Assembly (NCBI GenBank): GCA_965655095.1
Contig: OZ296653.1
Coordinates: forward strand, 19,902,001 to 19,966,000
Direction: 5' to 3'
Source: Haplodiscus bocki
Taxonomy: Eukaryota
Length of the DNA stretch: 64,000 nt
This document shows, piece by piece, positions 1 through 13,900 of the stretch. Each line of letters opens with the position of its first letter. Position 1 is the first letter of the stretch. The notes under the pieces were generated by a model. That model was given only the letters and a program-made list of their open reading frames with translations. It did not search any database and was not told where the DNA came from. The position numbers were made by a program, and so were the translations under genes.

Positions 1-620
1 TTAAGAGCCGTCAATTGTGAGATGGCTGTGGAGGCGTTGCTTTAATCCAATAAAACCACTTTCTGTAAATAACAAAAGCCAACGTAAGTCATATATGTCC
101 GAAGTCGAGAAATGTTGAGAGTGAAATCAAAAAGACCGCAGGCTCAACTTGCACACAGCTATATGACACTTATGCCGCCATGTATTCCAATACTCAATCT
201 TTTGTGAATTTAAAATGGGCAATGATTAAATCCAGTAAAAAGAGAGCTAACCACCCATACCCACAAATTTTCAAGGATGCTGTGAAACAGCTGGAACAAT
301 TGCCGAGAAACAGCTGGATGTTTTTGCGAAATGGCGAAAGTCGCTGATAATTTTTTTTCTGTTTCGATATTGCGACCTGCCAACAGTTGATGAAAGTGTC
401 AGTTACTCAGACACGGATAGTACATTCAAAATTGTGCCAAAAAGTTTTGCCAGATGTTATTCATACATCTATTTCCTCATCACATCCAAGTAGCACCTAC
501 TGTATGAATATTCAATTCGTAATAACAACAATTGGTTTTGACGATTTCGAATAGGACTTTTCATTATTTTTCTCCGCATATGTAACATGCAAGAAAAATT
601 ATCCATTCACTAGGGTCGTT
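1..620 (+). mobile_element. Degenerate Mutator/MULE transposase remnant
   Basis: Around 416-470 reads DSTFKIVPK.F then, after a frameshift, CQMLFIH, resembling the MULE motif DGTFKxxPxxFxQLxxIH. DFE follows near 543. Many stops. Confidence 0.45.
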
Positions 621-660
621 TTTCTTTTTTTTTCAGTCCAAAATTGCCAACTCTTTTTAT

Positions 661-2270
661 TCAAAAATAAATGACAGCAGTGGGGTTAGGACAACATGGT
701 TCTGAAGCGGTAGGTCCCGGGTTCGAGTCGCTATCGTGCCAAATATTTTTACGATTTCGAATCGTGGCACTCTCTCCCTCCACCCCTCCTATCCATAGAT
801 CTTTTCGATACCAGGAATTTCCCGAAACACAGAAGGGTTCCCCTACGAAATTTTTCGGTACTGTGAGACAACAAATTTTCGATGGAAAACTGTGACACTC
901 CCTCCCTCCCTCCATTCTTATCCATAAAATTTTTCGATACCAGAAATTTTCTGAAACAAAGAAATGTTCCCCCACGAAGTTTTTCGGCACTGTGAGACAA
1001 AAAATTTCCGATGGAAAAACGTGATACCCCCCACCTCTCATCCATAGTTTTTTCCGTACCAGAAACTTTCTGAACACAAAAGGGTTCCTTCACGAAGTAT
1101 TTCGGCACTGTGAGACTAAAAATTTTCGACGGAAATTGGTGATACCGCCCTTTCATGCATAAAATTTTTCGATACCCCAAATTTTCTGAAACATTGAAGG
1201 GTTCCCGATAAAATTTTTTGGCAGTGTGAGACGAAAAATTTACGACGGAAAAACGTGATATAACCCTCTTGTGCATAAAATTTTTCGATACCCGAAATTA
1301 GTGAAACACTAAAGGGTTCCCCTACGAAAGTTTCGGTGCTGTGAGACATAAAATAGTCTACAGAAAATCGTGCTACCCCCACCCCTGACTGAAAATCGTG
1401 ATATCCCCCTCATGCAAAAAATTTTTCGATACCCGAAATTTTGTCAAACAGAAGGGTGCCCTACGAAGTTTTTCGGTAAAGTGAGACAAAATATTTTCCG
1501 ACGGGGAATCGTAATACCCCCCCCCCCCTCTCCATCTTATGCATGAAATTTTTCGATACCCGAGATTCTCTGAAACAGTGAAGAGTTCCCCCACGAATCT
1601 TTTCGGCACTGTGAGACAAAAAATTTCCGACGGAAGAACGTGATACCCCCACCTCTCATCCATAATTTTTTCAATACCAGAAATTTTCTGAAACACAAAA
1701 GGGTTCCCCACAAAACTTTTTGGCACTGTGAGACGAAAAATTTCAGACGGAAAAACGTGATACTCCCCCCCCTTCTTATCCATAATTTTTTTTCATATCA
1801 GAAATTTTCTGAAAGACAAAAGAGTTCCCCCACGAAGTTTTTCGGCACTGTGAAACAAAAAATTTTCGACGGAAGAACGTGATACCCCCCACCTCTCATC
1901 CATAATTTTTTTCAATACCAGAAATTTTCTGAAACACAAAAGGGTTCCCCACGAAATTTTTTGGCACTGTGAGACTAAAACTTTTCGACGGAAAATCGCG
2001 ATACCCCCTTATTATGCACAAAGTTTTTCGATACCCCAAATTTTCTGAAACACCGAAGGGTTGCCCACGAAATTTTTCGGTAATGTGAGACAAAAAAATG
2101 GGAACGAAGTCTTTTGCATATAAGAGAGAAATCAGTGGTGGAATTGATGTTTGTAGAAAACCTTCGAAAACTAGATTTTAAACTGTGGTCTCGTTTTTAA
2201 CTGTTTGCATATGTTGATCAAAATTTTTGTATTCGGGCGAAAAATATGCCGGTGCTAGCCGGCCGTCTTG
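661..2270 (+). mobile_element. Non-autonomous Helitron-like element with tRNA-like head and internal satellite
   Basis: Starts with TC at 661. The 3' end has the hairpin GCCGGtgctagCCGGC followed by CTTG|T at 2267-2271; the same terminus occurs at 14402 and 42238. tRNA-like A/B-box segment at ~676-740 (GGTTCGAGTC). Confidence 0.55.
790..2095. repeat. Tandem satellite, ~120-bp unit, ~11 diverged copies
   Basis: Recurring unit cataaaatttttcgatacc-gaaattttctgaaacac-aagggttcccc-acgaa-ttttcggcactgtgagac-aaaattttcgacgga-cgtgataccccc. The ORFs called here are repeat translations. Confidence 0.92.
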
Positions 2271-4310
2271 TATTTGTTTCATTTAGATAGTTTTTGTATT
2301 ATCCTTACATTATTGTGTTCAACTCTTTGAAGTGAATTCATTGCCCGTGTAAAATTTTGTCTTGCAGTTGATTTTGGCTGGTAATATTGACATTTGAGAG
2401 GTGCGAGGTCTCAGTTTTTAGAATCCAATGCATTAGATCTTGTTTTCTTAGATCTTCTTTCATTATATTTTATTCCACTTTGCCGATTAGATCTTATGAC
2501 ATCAGATTTTATTCCTGCTTCTCATTTGAGCAATAGCCGCTCACTGGTACTTTTGTTTTCAAAATTTAGATGTAATTCAAATGTATGATTTAGATCTTAT
2601 TCAAGTCGTAAGTACAAATCGTTAGCAGATTGTACAAAATGTTGCGCGTGTAACCTGGAACTTATTATTTGAGCGGAATTTTTTCGGTGTTTGATATGCA
2701 CATTCTGCATCGAAAAAGACGATAGCCTGAAATGCGGCGAAAGAATTGACTCACAATTTGCTAGATGATCTCAATATGTTCTCTTTGTGATCTGTTATAT
2801 TCTTGGTAATCAATTGATTTTTCCGTTATCTTCTATTTCAATTGAGATTTTAGATCTTATTCTTGTTTTTAGATACTATTCCCATTTTCTTAGAAACCAT
2901 TCCCGAGTTCGACACTTTAGATGTCATTTGCGATCAAGTTTTACATTTTTTTAGACATTGTTCCTTACATACTGCTCCTGTTCCCCGAAAAAGGTGACCT
3001 GAAGGAGCGACAGAACAAGAATGGAAGACAACCTCCATACAACCTTTTTAAAAAATTGACACGAAGCAGTTGGTCTCAAAGGCATTGCCTATCGAACAGA
3101 AATTATCTGAATTGACCTTAATAAAACCTGACAAATGAGTCCTAAAGTGAAAAAAATGAAAACGCGAATAAGACTAAAAACAAATTAATTTTTCTGGAAA
3201 AAGATCTGTTAGAATCCTGCATTTTCAGGTACTATTCCAGTTTATAAAAAACATTTTTGTAATACTTTTTCAAGTTTTTTGTTTCGAACGTAGTATGAAA
3301 TCCTGCGAGCGAAGTGCAAGAGGTCTAAAGAGTTTTGCTCCAGTGACTATATATACATTAAAAAGTAATGTGTACAACGGGTAAGTTAATCTGCCATGTC
3401 AGTTATACAAAAAAACTTCAAAACTTTGAGGACAGCCATCGTCGAAAATTATAGAATTTTTGAAAAGAAGCCCCAGTCGCACCCAGAAAACCCCGCCTCC
3501 AAACAAATTTAATATTGATCTAAAATGAAGGAGGCTTCTGAAAATACTCCACTCGCCCCACGCGACATTTACTATAAGAACGTAAATGCAAGTAACATTG
3601 AAGGTACCCCGTTTCTCAAAATTGCATCGGCGGTGCGAAAAAGACGTGCCAGACCTTCCCAGCTGTTCCCAAGACGCTGCCAGAATTTGACCAAATTTTG
3701 AGAGAAAACGACGATCTGGGAAAAATCGCGGGAAAAAATTGCCGGACTTTCGCTGCAACTCTTTATGAGTATGCTTTAATATTCTTCCCAAATATCTCTC
3801 CTAATAACTTTATTGAATTGTTTAATTTTGTTGTTAACTATGACGAAACTGACGTCAATGATTTTATATTATGTAGTACTTGTGACCGGAAAGAAGTTAA
3901 TTCTGTGCAATCCCATGTGAGCATATGTTATGCACATTTTCCGCAAAATACCTGAATTGGACTAGATGTCATGAGGAAATTGCCTCAAATTTTTCGATTT
4001 TCTTCGACAATTAATTTTCTTTTGCTATCATCACTGAAGAGCCTCGCTATTTTAATTATTTCGGGGCTTTTCTATTTTTCGTATGATTTTCAGGTTTTTT
4101 ACGCTTCTTAGGTCTTTTTTTTCGTTTTATTAGGTCTCCTCCCCTATTTTGAGAATTTAGATCTTATTCCTTTTAAATTTTAAAGTCTTATTCACAGTTC
4201 AGGGAGAACGGAGTAGTATCTAAAGTAAAAGTGTTTAGAGGAAATTTGGGAATAATATCTAAATCTGACATGGCTGAAATCATTCTTGGCGAATAGTATG
4301 TATATTTTAG

Positions 4311-4415
4311 CGCATGGCTACCGTTTGCCCTTGTGAGTTTTTGACCTGAAACGAGGACACTAAGTGTCAGAGGTCAGGCAAAAACGCCCGCGAGCAAACG
4401 GTAGCCATCCATGCG
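4311..4415. repeat. ~105-bp imperfect palindrome/hairpin upstream of CFAP221
   Basis: Arm atggctaccgtttgc pairs with gcaaacggtagccat; inner gacac/gtgtc around a taa loop. Confidence 0.75.
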
Positions 4416-4833
4416 TTGACAGATTTTTCCCGCACCTTAATATTTCTAATGAACTTATAGTTTGTCCCATGAATTCTCCCTTTGTTCTTGTCGCGATTAG
4501 ACCTTTCTCTATTTCTTTCACTTTCTGGAACTTGTTTTTTGATCAAATGAAAACCTTTCAAAAATTCTTCCGCACAATTGTGAAGTAAGTTTTCCTTCCT
4601 TCGCATAGCGACCTTGCTTAACGCCCTTGATGCCTATGATTCAATAACACGGTTGCTCGTCTGTCTCTTCTTGACGGTGGCGTATCGTAATCTACATGGA
4701 ATTAATGTGCACAATCTTTTTGACTACAGTACGACATTCGACGCAGTCAAAATGAATGAGAAGCACTCATTCTAAAATAAGAAATGGATTTTTAAAAGTT
4801 TTTCAGAGAGTGAATGTGAGTTGTGCTTGCGGC

Positions 4834-4945
4834 ATGGCATCAGTTGAGGCCAGAGTAACAGAGGGCTTTGCCAACATTACTGTTCCCGACCAACTGGTGG
4901 CTCCAGTTCCCTCCGGTGCACCTCCTAATGCTCTCACTGAAAGAA
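4834..4945 (+). CDS. CFAP221: CFAP221 coding exon 1
   Basis: MASVEARV...APPNALTER; acceptor tttcag at 4801-4806 upstream (5' UTR intron likely); donor gtaact. Confidence 0.75.
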
Positions 4946-7900
4946 GTAACTAGATTTTTTTTTCACTTTCAAAGTCGCCATCCAGAAACCTGATACTTTC
5001 AGTTATATTGACAGTTGATAATGTCTTGAAAATAGATTTGACGTGAAAGGGTGTCCTCCTGTAGTCAGCCCTAGTGGGCAATAATATTTTTTTCTGTAAT
5101 TTTGTGAACTATATTGAGTACAGCTTGTTTCGAATGCTATACATTTATAATTAGGCTAGAAACATTCATTTAAAAAAGCAACCAGGTTATATCAAATAGA
5201 CATCAGTTCAAAATAGACCATAAAACATGCTAAAAGCGTAACGACAAGTGTCGTTGGCTAAATTCGTCCCGGTTGTTTAACGAAACGTTTAGCTGAACAT
5301 AGTCTCACCTCTGCTCCTGTTCCTTCTACACATGTGTCACAGACCCAAATTTAAAGACATCCAATGTCCAATTATTCGATGCTGCTAACAATCTATTTTT
5401 GCATTGTATTCAGTAATCTAAATGAGTAATTGACTTTTCTTTCAGAATTCTTCACCAAACTCGGACAGAGTAAAATTGTGAAAGCGGAGCCGAAATCCAT
5501 TCATTTTGCTGGTTTTATTGTTGGGCATCCTGTCGTCAAAGTTTTGGTAAGTTTAGTTTGCATTACCTGGTACTGAATTGGACAAGTTATTCCAGTTTTT
5601 TTTCCACTGATTTGAAATCGTTGCAGAGACAAAACGAATTAGTTTTTTGAGTTAGGTTTTCAAATGCATAATTTACTAATTTTATTTTGATCACGGTCCT
5701 GACGTTGCTTATTTTAGCCAAGTATCGCTAAATCTGTGTTTTTGAGAAGTGATGTTTGGAAGAATCAAAAACCTTTAAAGCTAGATTTTTCTGAAATTTC
5801 TCGTATCATGGCATGTTCTACTTTTCAAAAAACTCATTTTCACATTTCTGATGTTTGTTAAAGCCGATAAGTTTTGTAAAAGATGCCTTAAATGGGTTCT
5901 CAGGTTAAAAGTCAAGACTTTGACAAATTTGGTGGCTTCAGTCCTCATAACTGTCTTGGAAACAAAATATACCCTCCGAAAAACCGCTAATGAAATGATT
6001 CCACTAATTTAAAGCGCTAATAAAACGCTTTTGCTTCGCTTCGCTACATTGGCGGTTTCAGAACACTGATCAATTTTTCAGACACTCAAATTCGAAGGAT
6101 TAATGAGAGATATGACTGATTTTTTTATAGAAACTGACTAATGCATCCTCGGAAGTGCAGAGATGGCACATAATACCGCCAGCGACGCCTTACTTCAAGG
6201 TCACATTCCAGAAACCAGAGAGATGTGTGCCCGGCATGTTCATGGAGATGAAAGTCATCTTTTCTCCCGACGAGTGGCGCTACTATCACGACACAATCCG
6301 CATTCATTGTCGGGTAAATACGTCATTGTTATATTTCTCTCTCTCTCTCGCTCTCTCTCTCTCTCTCCTCTCTATTGGGATATCAAAAGTTAAAGACTAG
6401 TCAAGTCAAGTGTGGTTAAAAAAATTCCTGGCTAAAACAATTTACACCATAGTATCAACTTCAGGATCAATTTTACAGACAAGTAACGCGAAAATGTGTA
6501 TTACCTCCTATTTAGTTATCCGAAAAATTTTCGAAAAGCAAAATGCAATAATATTCATGATACTCCCTTTAGTTATGCCGGGGAAATCTGCGAACTAATG
6601 AGTTTCCCAGTCAGTTCAAAACGTACTCTCACCCCTCCTCATTTTTTTAAAAAATAGGTCTTCGGTTGGTCCAGAATTACTCCATGATACTCCACTTCTA
6701 CACCAATCGAAAACGTTTTTAAAGGAATATATCGAAAATGCTCAAATAAACTAGGTTCTCATGTCAAAGCAGGTATTTTAATGTCAAATATATACCAAAA
6801 GGGAACGAACCCACATCTTTCATACTTTCAAGCAGACTTGCTGCCATTACATGAAGAGGCCTGATATCATGAGTTATTACTCATTTTCATATGCCAACTG
6901 GGTACAAGTTACAACTTTTTCCTTTCGCAACACACAACCCAAATTCCAAACGTAAAACCAAACAAGCCGGTAACGGCTAAAATCGGCGCCGCCTGTATAG
7001 CTCAAAACAATCATAGGACGAAGTTAGTTTTGATGTTTAAAAAAATGTACTCTGATATAATTTTTGGTATAAAATCTAAGAAAAAGTAGCCCTTGGCGGG
7101 ATTCGAGCCCGTTATCTGTCGATTTGTCTCATTTTTGAAAGGGGTTTATCACAAAAAAAATTGGAAGTTCCAATTTTTTTTCGAATATAGGAAGACTTTT
7201 GGTCTAGTTTCCAGTGTAAAATGTATTTGAAAATGTAGCTTATATAGTTCAAACTCGCAACCTGTAGTTTCGGAACCCTTTTGTTTTACCTACCATACCA
7301 TATAAAATGTATTAATTTCCAGTATATGCAAGGGGGGAGTATCACGCAGTGTATTTAGATATTTTGGAAGCTATGGTGCAATTCGTATCGTCGAGACTGT
7401 CATTTGACCAACTATGTTTAAGTTGAATCAGTCTGGTGTGAGTTCTGTCATCGTACGAAAAAAAGTGATGTCAGTACAATAGTCGGCCTCTTTACTGAAG
7501 TAAAGTGCCGACTTAAATTAGTCTATCGTACCGAAGGGCCCCATGCAAAATGTTGGTCACTCTGAGACTTTTTGAGACTTTTTTCCACAGTATAGGTGAA
7601 TATCCGTCCTCTGCTGTACCTTTTTTTTGCAGAAATTCCAATTTTTTTATAGGCGGCGGGTGCCCTGTGCATATTTTTGCCGTACGAGCTGCACCGACTT
7701 GGGCCTTTCCGACATGTTATTTTTTCAGTGAATAGAATGAAATCCATAAAATTTGTGCATTTTTAGGAATTTGAATTCGCAACATTTTCGATTTTACCAT
7801 TTCGGATTATTTATTTTCCACTTATTTTTGTCATATGAAAGATGATGATTCATTCAGGTTTCATGAAATTTTCCAATTGCCCGATTGAATTTACGTGCAC

Positions 7901-10900
7901 CTTGATTGTGACTGGGCGAGACAAAAGCGCGAGAATTTTTCAGTCACTAAGATTCGACCATACCAATCTTTCATATCGACGCTCGACGAAGTCTAGATGG
8001 CTTATCTCAATGCTGTAGTGTTCTTAAAGCCGGACAAGTGGAAGTACAAAAGTTGCGAGCTCTAATCTCGGAAGGAACTAAAATTTTCGTTAATTTTGCA
8101 AAGGGCGGAAAATATAGTTTGCTAGCTGTCGTGCTTCCTATTCTTTTTGTGAAAGTGTTTTTCGGACAGGATGAGGAAAACATCATAGTGCCCATCCACG
8201 CCTATCCAGTGATGAGTGGAGCAGATGAGTTACCAGAATCAGTGACCTTGCCCATCACCCCTCTGGGAGAGACATCCAACTACAAGATCCCCCTCACCTG
8301 TACTGCCCCCATAGACTTCCAGTTCCAGATTAGAACTCCCACTCCGCACATCGCATTCACTGTAGTACCTATGGAAGGTTTGTTGAATGTTACGCTTGAA
8401 TTATATTTACAACCAGCGAGCGGATTTTAGCTCTAGCGCTAGAAACTCCTAATAAATGCTTTTTTCACAATTTCAAACATGAAACAGCAATTTCCGGGAA
8501 ATTCCTTTTTCGGAACCTAAAAGGACCAAAACTTTTGTCTTAAACTTCTTCGATTCATAATGCAAGTTGAATGGCAAAAACTTATCTGCACAATTCGCGA
8601 GAAAAATCTGTCTATTAACTGCCGCTGAATGTCTCGTGGCAGAGTTCTTGAAGTCTAAAAGTCGTGAAACCTGCTTCAACAATTTACTGGGGCTCGGCGG
8701 TTTGAATTTTTTAAGCCCCGTTTGGTTAAGTTCACCGTCGAAAAACCGATTATCAACTTCGAAAGGGTTCATTTAAAAGAAACAGCGGAAAGGATCTGTG
8801 AAGTTATCATTTTTGAACAGTTGATACATCTTAATTCAAAAATAACTGTAGCAAACATTCTAGAATCGTAAAATTGGTCCTATTATGCCAAACTGAAAAA
8901 ATATATATATTGAAGATACGTGCCAGAAATGTAGGAGTTAGCAGTGGAAAAGTAATACGGAACGTGGTAAACCCACATAGTTTATGTGTTTCCCTATAGA
9001 TTGTTTATGCATCGATTGTTTCATTGATAATAAATCGGTTCATGGGTTGGTATTCGTTTCGGTTGGGTTCAGCGCCAACTTTTACAATCTGACGTGGGTA
9101 TGACGCATCAATTTTATTAGCGAAATTTCCTTTTTTTCGATAGCCTATTTTGCCTACGAGGAAACTATTTCATTTATGATTGTTGCCCGCTTACGCTATA
9201 AGAGGTCAATCTGACTGCCGTTATACCGCTTTGAGTGAAAAAAGCTTTCATTCCGACCTGTTCAATTTTTCAAAAAGAATGTCTTTTCAGTTTCAGAATA
9301 TTATCTTCGTTGTTTTTCAAGCAGGTTCTCATTTTAACTGAGTTGCTTCTGCATTGCAAAGCATGCGTTTCATTCTAGGACTGGTACCAGCAAACGGAAG
9401 CACAGAAATTACAGTTAGTTTCACACCGAAGGAGTTCAACACAGCAGTGATGAAATTGGAACTTCTTGTCTCTCAGTTTGCCACCAAACCTCTCAGCTGT
9501 ATCTTTGTCGGTCACTCCCTCCCAGGGCATCACAAGTTCATGATGGAAAAGAAACACAAACCAGTGAAAGAAGAGAAACATTTTTTAGAGTCAGAAGAGA
9601 TAAGAGCCATTGATAAAGTGACGAAGAAGACAGATAGGGCCAAAGATAGTGGCGACCTTCACTTACTTACAAAATCTCTGGTAAGATCGGTCATGTACTT
9701 CGGAACGATCAGTAATAGTTACTATATTGTTTGTTCATGAACGAGGAAATTCTGGCACGCTTCGAGCGGCGTAGCCGCGAGAAGCGTGAACAGAATTTCC
9801 GCGTTCATGAACAAACAATATAGTAACTGTTTTTAGTCAACGTGAAATCATTCTTGCCGATCACTTTTACACGTTGCTCCAGCTATTCAGTTCTTGCAAA
9901 ACATCTTGTTTTTTCTCTTCTCCATTCCGGCACGCTATTAAGGTGCAAGTGTGCCGGAATAGCGCGTGAACAAATTTTTGCCTTCATGAGTTAAGGTGAT
10001 TCATTTCTTGTATAGCTCGTTCAGGCATACCAGTTGACTAATTTAAATTATGGGCACGATGTAATTCGAGAAAAGAAACATCTTGAAACGTTAATACTAC
10101 GAAACGCACATAGAAGCACAAGCTATCTATTGCAAAAAAAATCATTTTTTAAAAACGAAAATCGATAGAAACGTCAAGTTATTGTGTCTCTCAATTTTCA
10201 CTGACTTTTCGATGATCTAATCAGTACAGCATTTTTTGCGGGATTTCAAACCCAAATTAAGTTAATGGCGCTCATTATGTATCAGAAGTGGTTTCTGTTG
10301 ATGTCTTCATGGCAATATACTTTTAGGAAATGGAATACAATGGACACAGGTTCCCACTTAACCTAAACAATGTGCATGCTGTGAACTACGTGCTCACTCA
10401 GCAGAAAGGAAAACTGAAGATAAAGGATTTGAAGCATGGTTAGAGTAAAACTTCTAACGCCACGTTCAGATAGACATCAGTTAGCGCTATTAATCTTTCC
10501 CATGGTATAAGAGATTATTTCGAAAAGTTGGGTGCTTGACATGGTATAATGATTAGCAGCCTGCTGTATGGTTTTTAACGAGTTGTATGTATTCGGTTTA
10601 AGTATGAAATTTAATGATGCTTGTGTTCTACAGTGAGACAGCATGATTATGAGAAATTTAAACGAGGTTTGTTTTCTCTCCTTTTTTATTCATTTTTCCT
10701 TGTCATTTCCCATCATGACGAGAAACATTTTCCGTTTAAAGTAATTCTCAATCCTGTTAATTTCAAACTCATACATCCTGAAGACACCTTGGGTCTTTTC
10801 TGTTAACTCTCCCTTCCCGAGTGCTTTAACCCCCCCCCCCCCCTCCTGTCCTCCATGCAATTATGAAACGGAATGATAACGAGCATAATAGCTCAATCGA

Positions 10901-13900
10901 ACTGTTCTCTGGAAATTAAAAGTTTACTCGGAGGGGGTGTTTAGTAAAAAGATCCTTTCGGTTAACTAGACATTATTATTCTACGGTTCATTTACGGCGT
11001 TAATACTTTGAACCACAAATACCAAAAGCTCAGTGCTCTATTATAATATTAGTAACTTTTTCAACGTTTAATCGGTTTTGTTGCAAAACGTAATTAGAAA
11101 TCGTCCTTAACCTTCGTTTGTCCTACGTGATTTTGCTTCTGGAAAAAACTTGAGATTGCTCGGAAAGTTGGAGTTTTTCACCGTGAGGTCAATCGAGTTC
11201 ATCGAATGCCGGTACCTTTTCCAGTGAAGTCATTTGCCTATTTGAAAAGAGCGTTATGAAGACAATGAATTTTCAAGATTTGCTTTGAAAATTGAATGAA
11301 AAGGGACTTGCAATTATGTCGCTTGCTTGCAATTTCCAAACAAAATGATCTTCGAAAAGGGAAGTTCAAGAAACTCACTGAGCGAAGATCATCTTTGCGA
11401 TAGCGTGAACGCGGTCAGGTAGATTGAGGACTTAATCTATCAATTGATTCAGTTTGATTTGGCTTCTGATATTCACTATAGTTACTTGTATTTGAGTTCA
11501 TTTGTACCCTACTTGAGGGCATGGCAACAAAATGATAAAGTAATTTAATTCAGTAACTTATTATTTGAGGTCATTAACCCACAGTTCGACATTAATTGAT
11601 TGAGAACTTTCAGAAGTACCAATTTATTTTCGGGTAAACTTTGTCAGTCTTCGTTCCTTTTGATAAGTTAGTGAACGCACGAGTAAGTTTGGGCAAATAC
11701 GACGTATTGGAGATTACTTTTGACAATTACCTGTGAATACATCAATATTTTGGTTATATGTGGATATACTGCGTTTCATTTCATTGGTTTTGCCAGCTCT
11801 GGAGAAGATGCGCAAGCGAGGAGGAGGCACGAAACAGATGAAAGAGGCCGTTTTTGAGACTGCAGTTCGCCAAGTTGTTTTGGAGGAACGGGCCAATAAC
11901 CTCAGATGGTTAGTTCGTCATTATCATAAACCTCAAACTAATTTGCCAAAAAAAATTGTCATCCTACGACGTTCAAAATAGCTGATCTTTGTAAACAAAC
12001 TTTCAGAGCGGTTTCAGAAACTTTTGGTCAATCTCGTTTGTCAATCATGACAAGTCGTGAAAGCTGAGTCGGTGCGCTCGCTCGTCTCAAATGCCCATAT
12101 TGGGAAATTGTTGATTTCTGGGGTGTCTTATGTTGGGTATCACACAATTGCCGGATTTGGTGTTTTAAACATTTTTGTTTATGCACTTGAGCATGGAACG
12201 GGGATTATCTTGAAAAAATAATTGCAAATTGGACCGGTGGGTCCAATTTTTTTAATACAACCAGATCGTTTGTATGTATGTTCCACTGAAGTTTGCGAAA
12301 AGAAACATTACTTATGGCGAGTTCTAGCCAGCCACCTATGGATGCGGAACCCTTTGTCCTACCGTCTAGGACACCGGGACAGTATATAGACAAGAACCAT
12401 GTTTGCTAAGCCTGGTCTTTCGGTGAGACTGTAGAAAAAGCAATTGTAATAGTCAGGTATTATATTCTATCAAACGCCGACCAAAAATGATGAAGCGCGC
12501 ACTTCAAAAATGAAGGTAAAATCTTGGTTCATGATTCTGGTCAAATTAGTCTGGCCGCCTTTCATAACTGAGCCTAAAAATTCTCATTTTCCCACTTTTG
12601 ATTGCTAAAGACGAGTCATCTGACAAAATAGGTCTACTTGAAAGCAAGTTCGACGCCTGGTTGACCAATATCATTTTTTTGTTAAAAATTAGCAGTGCTG
12701 TTTTGGGTCCAGTTTCATCAAATTTCAAATCTTTTTATTGAGAACTACGGCTTCGTAAAGAGTCGCTCGAAAAACATTTTTCTTTGCTGAGACGTGCTGA
12801 AGCTGTGCATTTACTTTTTCTCGAAACGTTAGAGAGTGATAACTTCTTGGGGCTCGATTGGTGAAATTAAATAAAGTTGGACTAAAGTTTTTCAAATCAA
12901 AATTTTGCTCGGTAAATATGCATTTTGGATTTTTCACACGCGTTAAGTTAAAAAATAACTGTCTTTCAGCTCTTGTATTTTACGCTTATAGAAAATATTT
13001 ATACTGATTGGATCCGTATGCCGTCGAGAGTAAATTTCATTGAGTAAATCACATTTCTGAATTGGCGAGCCTTGACAAGCGTCACTATGTGACTTTTTCT
13101 TTTTTATGCGTTGTGAACTGTCGGATTTGATCGGTTTTCAATCGTTCACGTTCAGACCTAAAGTGATTGCTCATGACTCTTTGTAAAGGCCGTGTTGCGT
13201 ACTGACTATACTTAAACGCAGTGACGGGTACTGAATGGTGACATAAGGAAGGGTAATGCCTAAAATTTCTTCGGCTTTAAAAGACGAAAATTTTTTCGGC
13301 GAAAACATTTGTTTTGACGGCACTTGCAACGATTCCCAAGTTACATGTGTTGAAGTGATAGTCCTTTCCCATCAGAATGATTGCCCATGTTCAGCGTTTA
13401 GTTTTACCACAGGCTCGAATTGTCTGTTAAAGAATTTGATGGCAACTCGGGGCTCTAAATGTCGCTAGCCGACGGCTAACAATTGTGACAATCAAGGAAC
13501 AATGTAATGGCCAAGGCTCGGAATCGAAGCTGTAACCTTTTGGTCCTCATGCTGAGGCCTAACCACTGGCCCACTTCACATCGCAAAAAGCCGTGATGCC
13601 CTATCCGCTCAGTCTACCAAACTTTTTGAAAATCTGAAAATTTTGAAACAGTGAAGGCTTTTCCGCATGTAAAAGGAAAAAAATTCGGCAAAAAAAATTC
13701 GAGACCTGAGAGTCACGCCGACTTGGGTCGTTCCCGGTCGTTATTTCTGGAAACTTCATTATCAATTCATTGTTGACTTTCGTTATCTCTATTTTTAATT
13801 TGCAGGCAGAACCATTTGGGTGCGCAGCCCATGTCTCAGAAAGCGAGAGAAGTTGTTTTAGAAGACAGAAATCAAGCTCACATCATATACAAGGTCAGAT

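Noticed and set aside
676-742. tRNA gene candidate (also ~13510-13575, ~26531-26580, ~31040-31098)
   Set aside because: A/B-box-like motifs are present but I could not build a complete cloverleaf; they sit within repeats.
661-2093. Overlapping ORFs of 63-175 aa, and a CRISPR-like look of the periodic array
   Set aside because: They are translations of a ~120-bp satellite; there are no unique spacers or cas genes and the context is eukaryotic.
2400-2900. Repeated ttagatcttattc motif (also ~4157)
   Set aside because: Irregular spacing and no boundaries found; probably a decayed repeat, not enough to classify.
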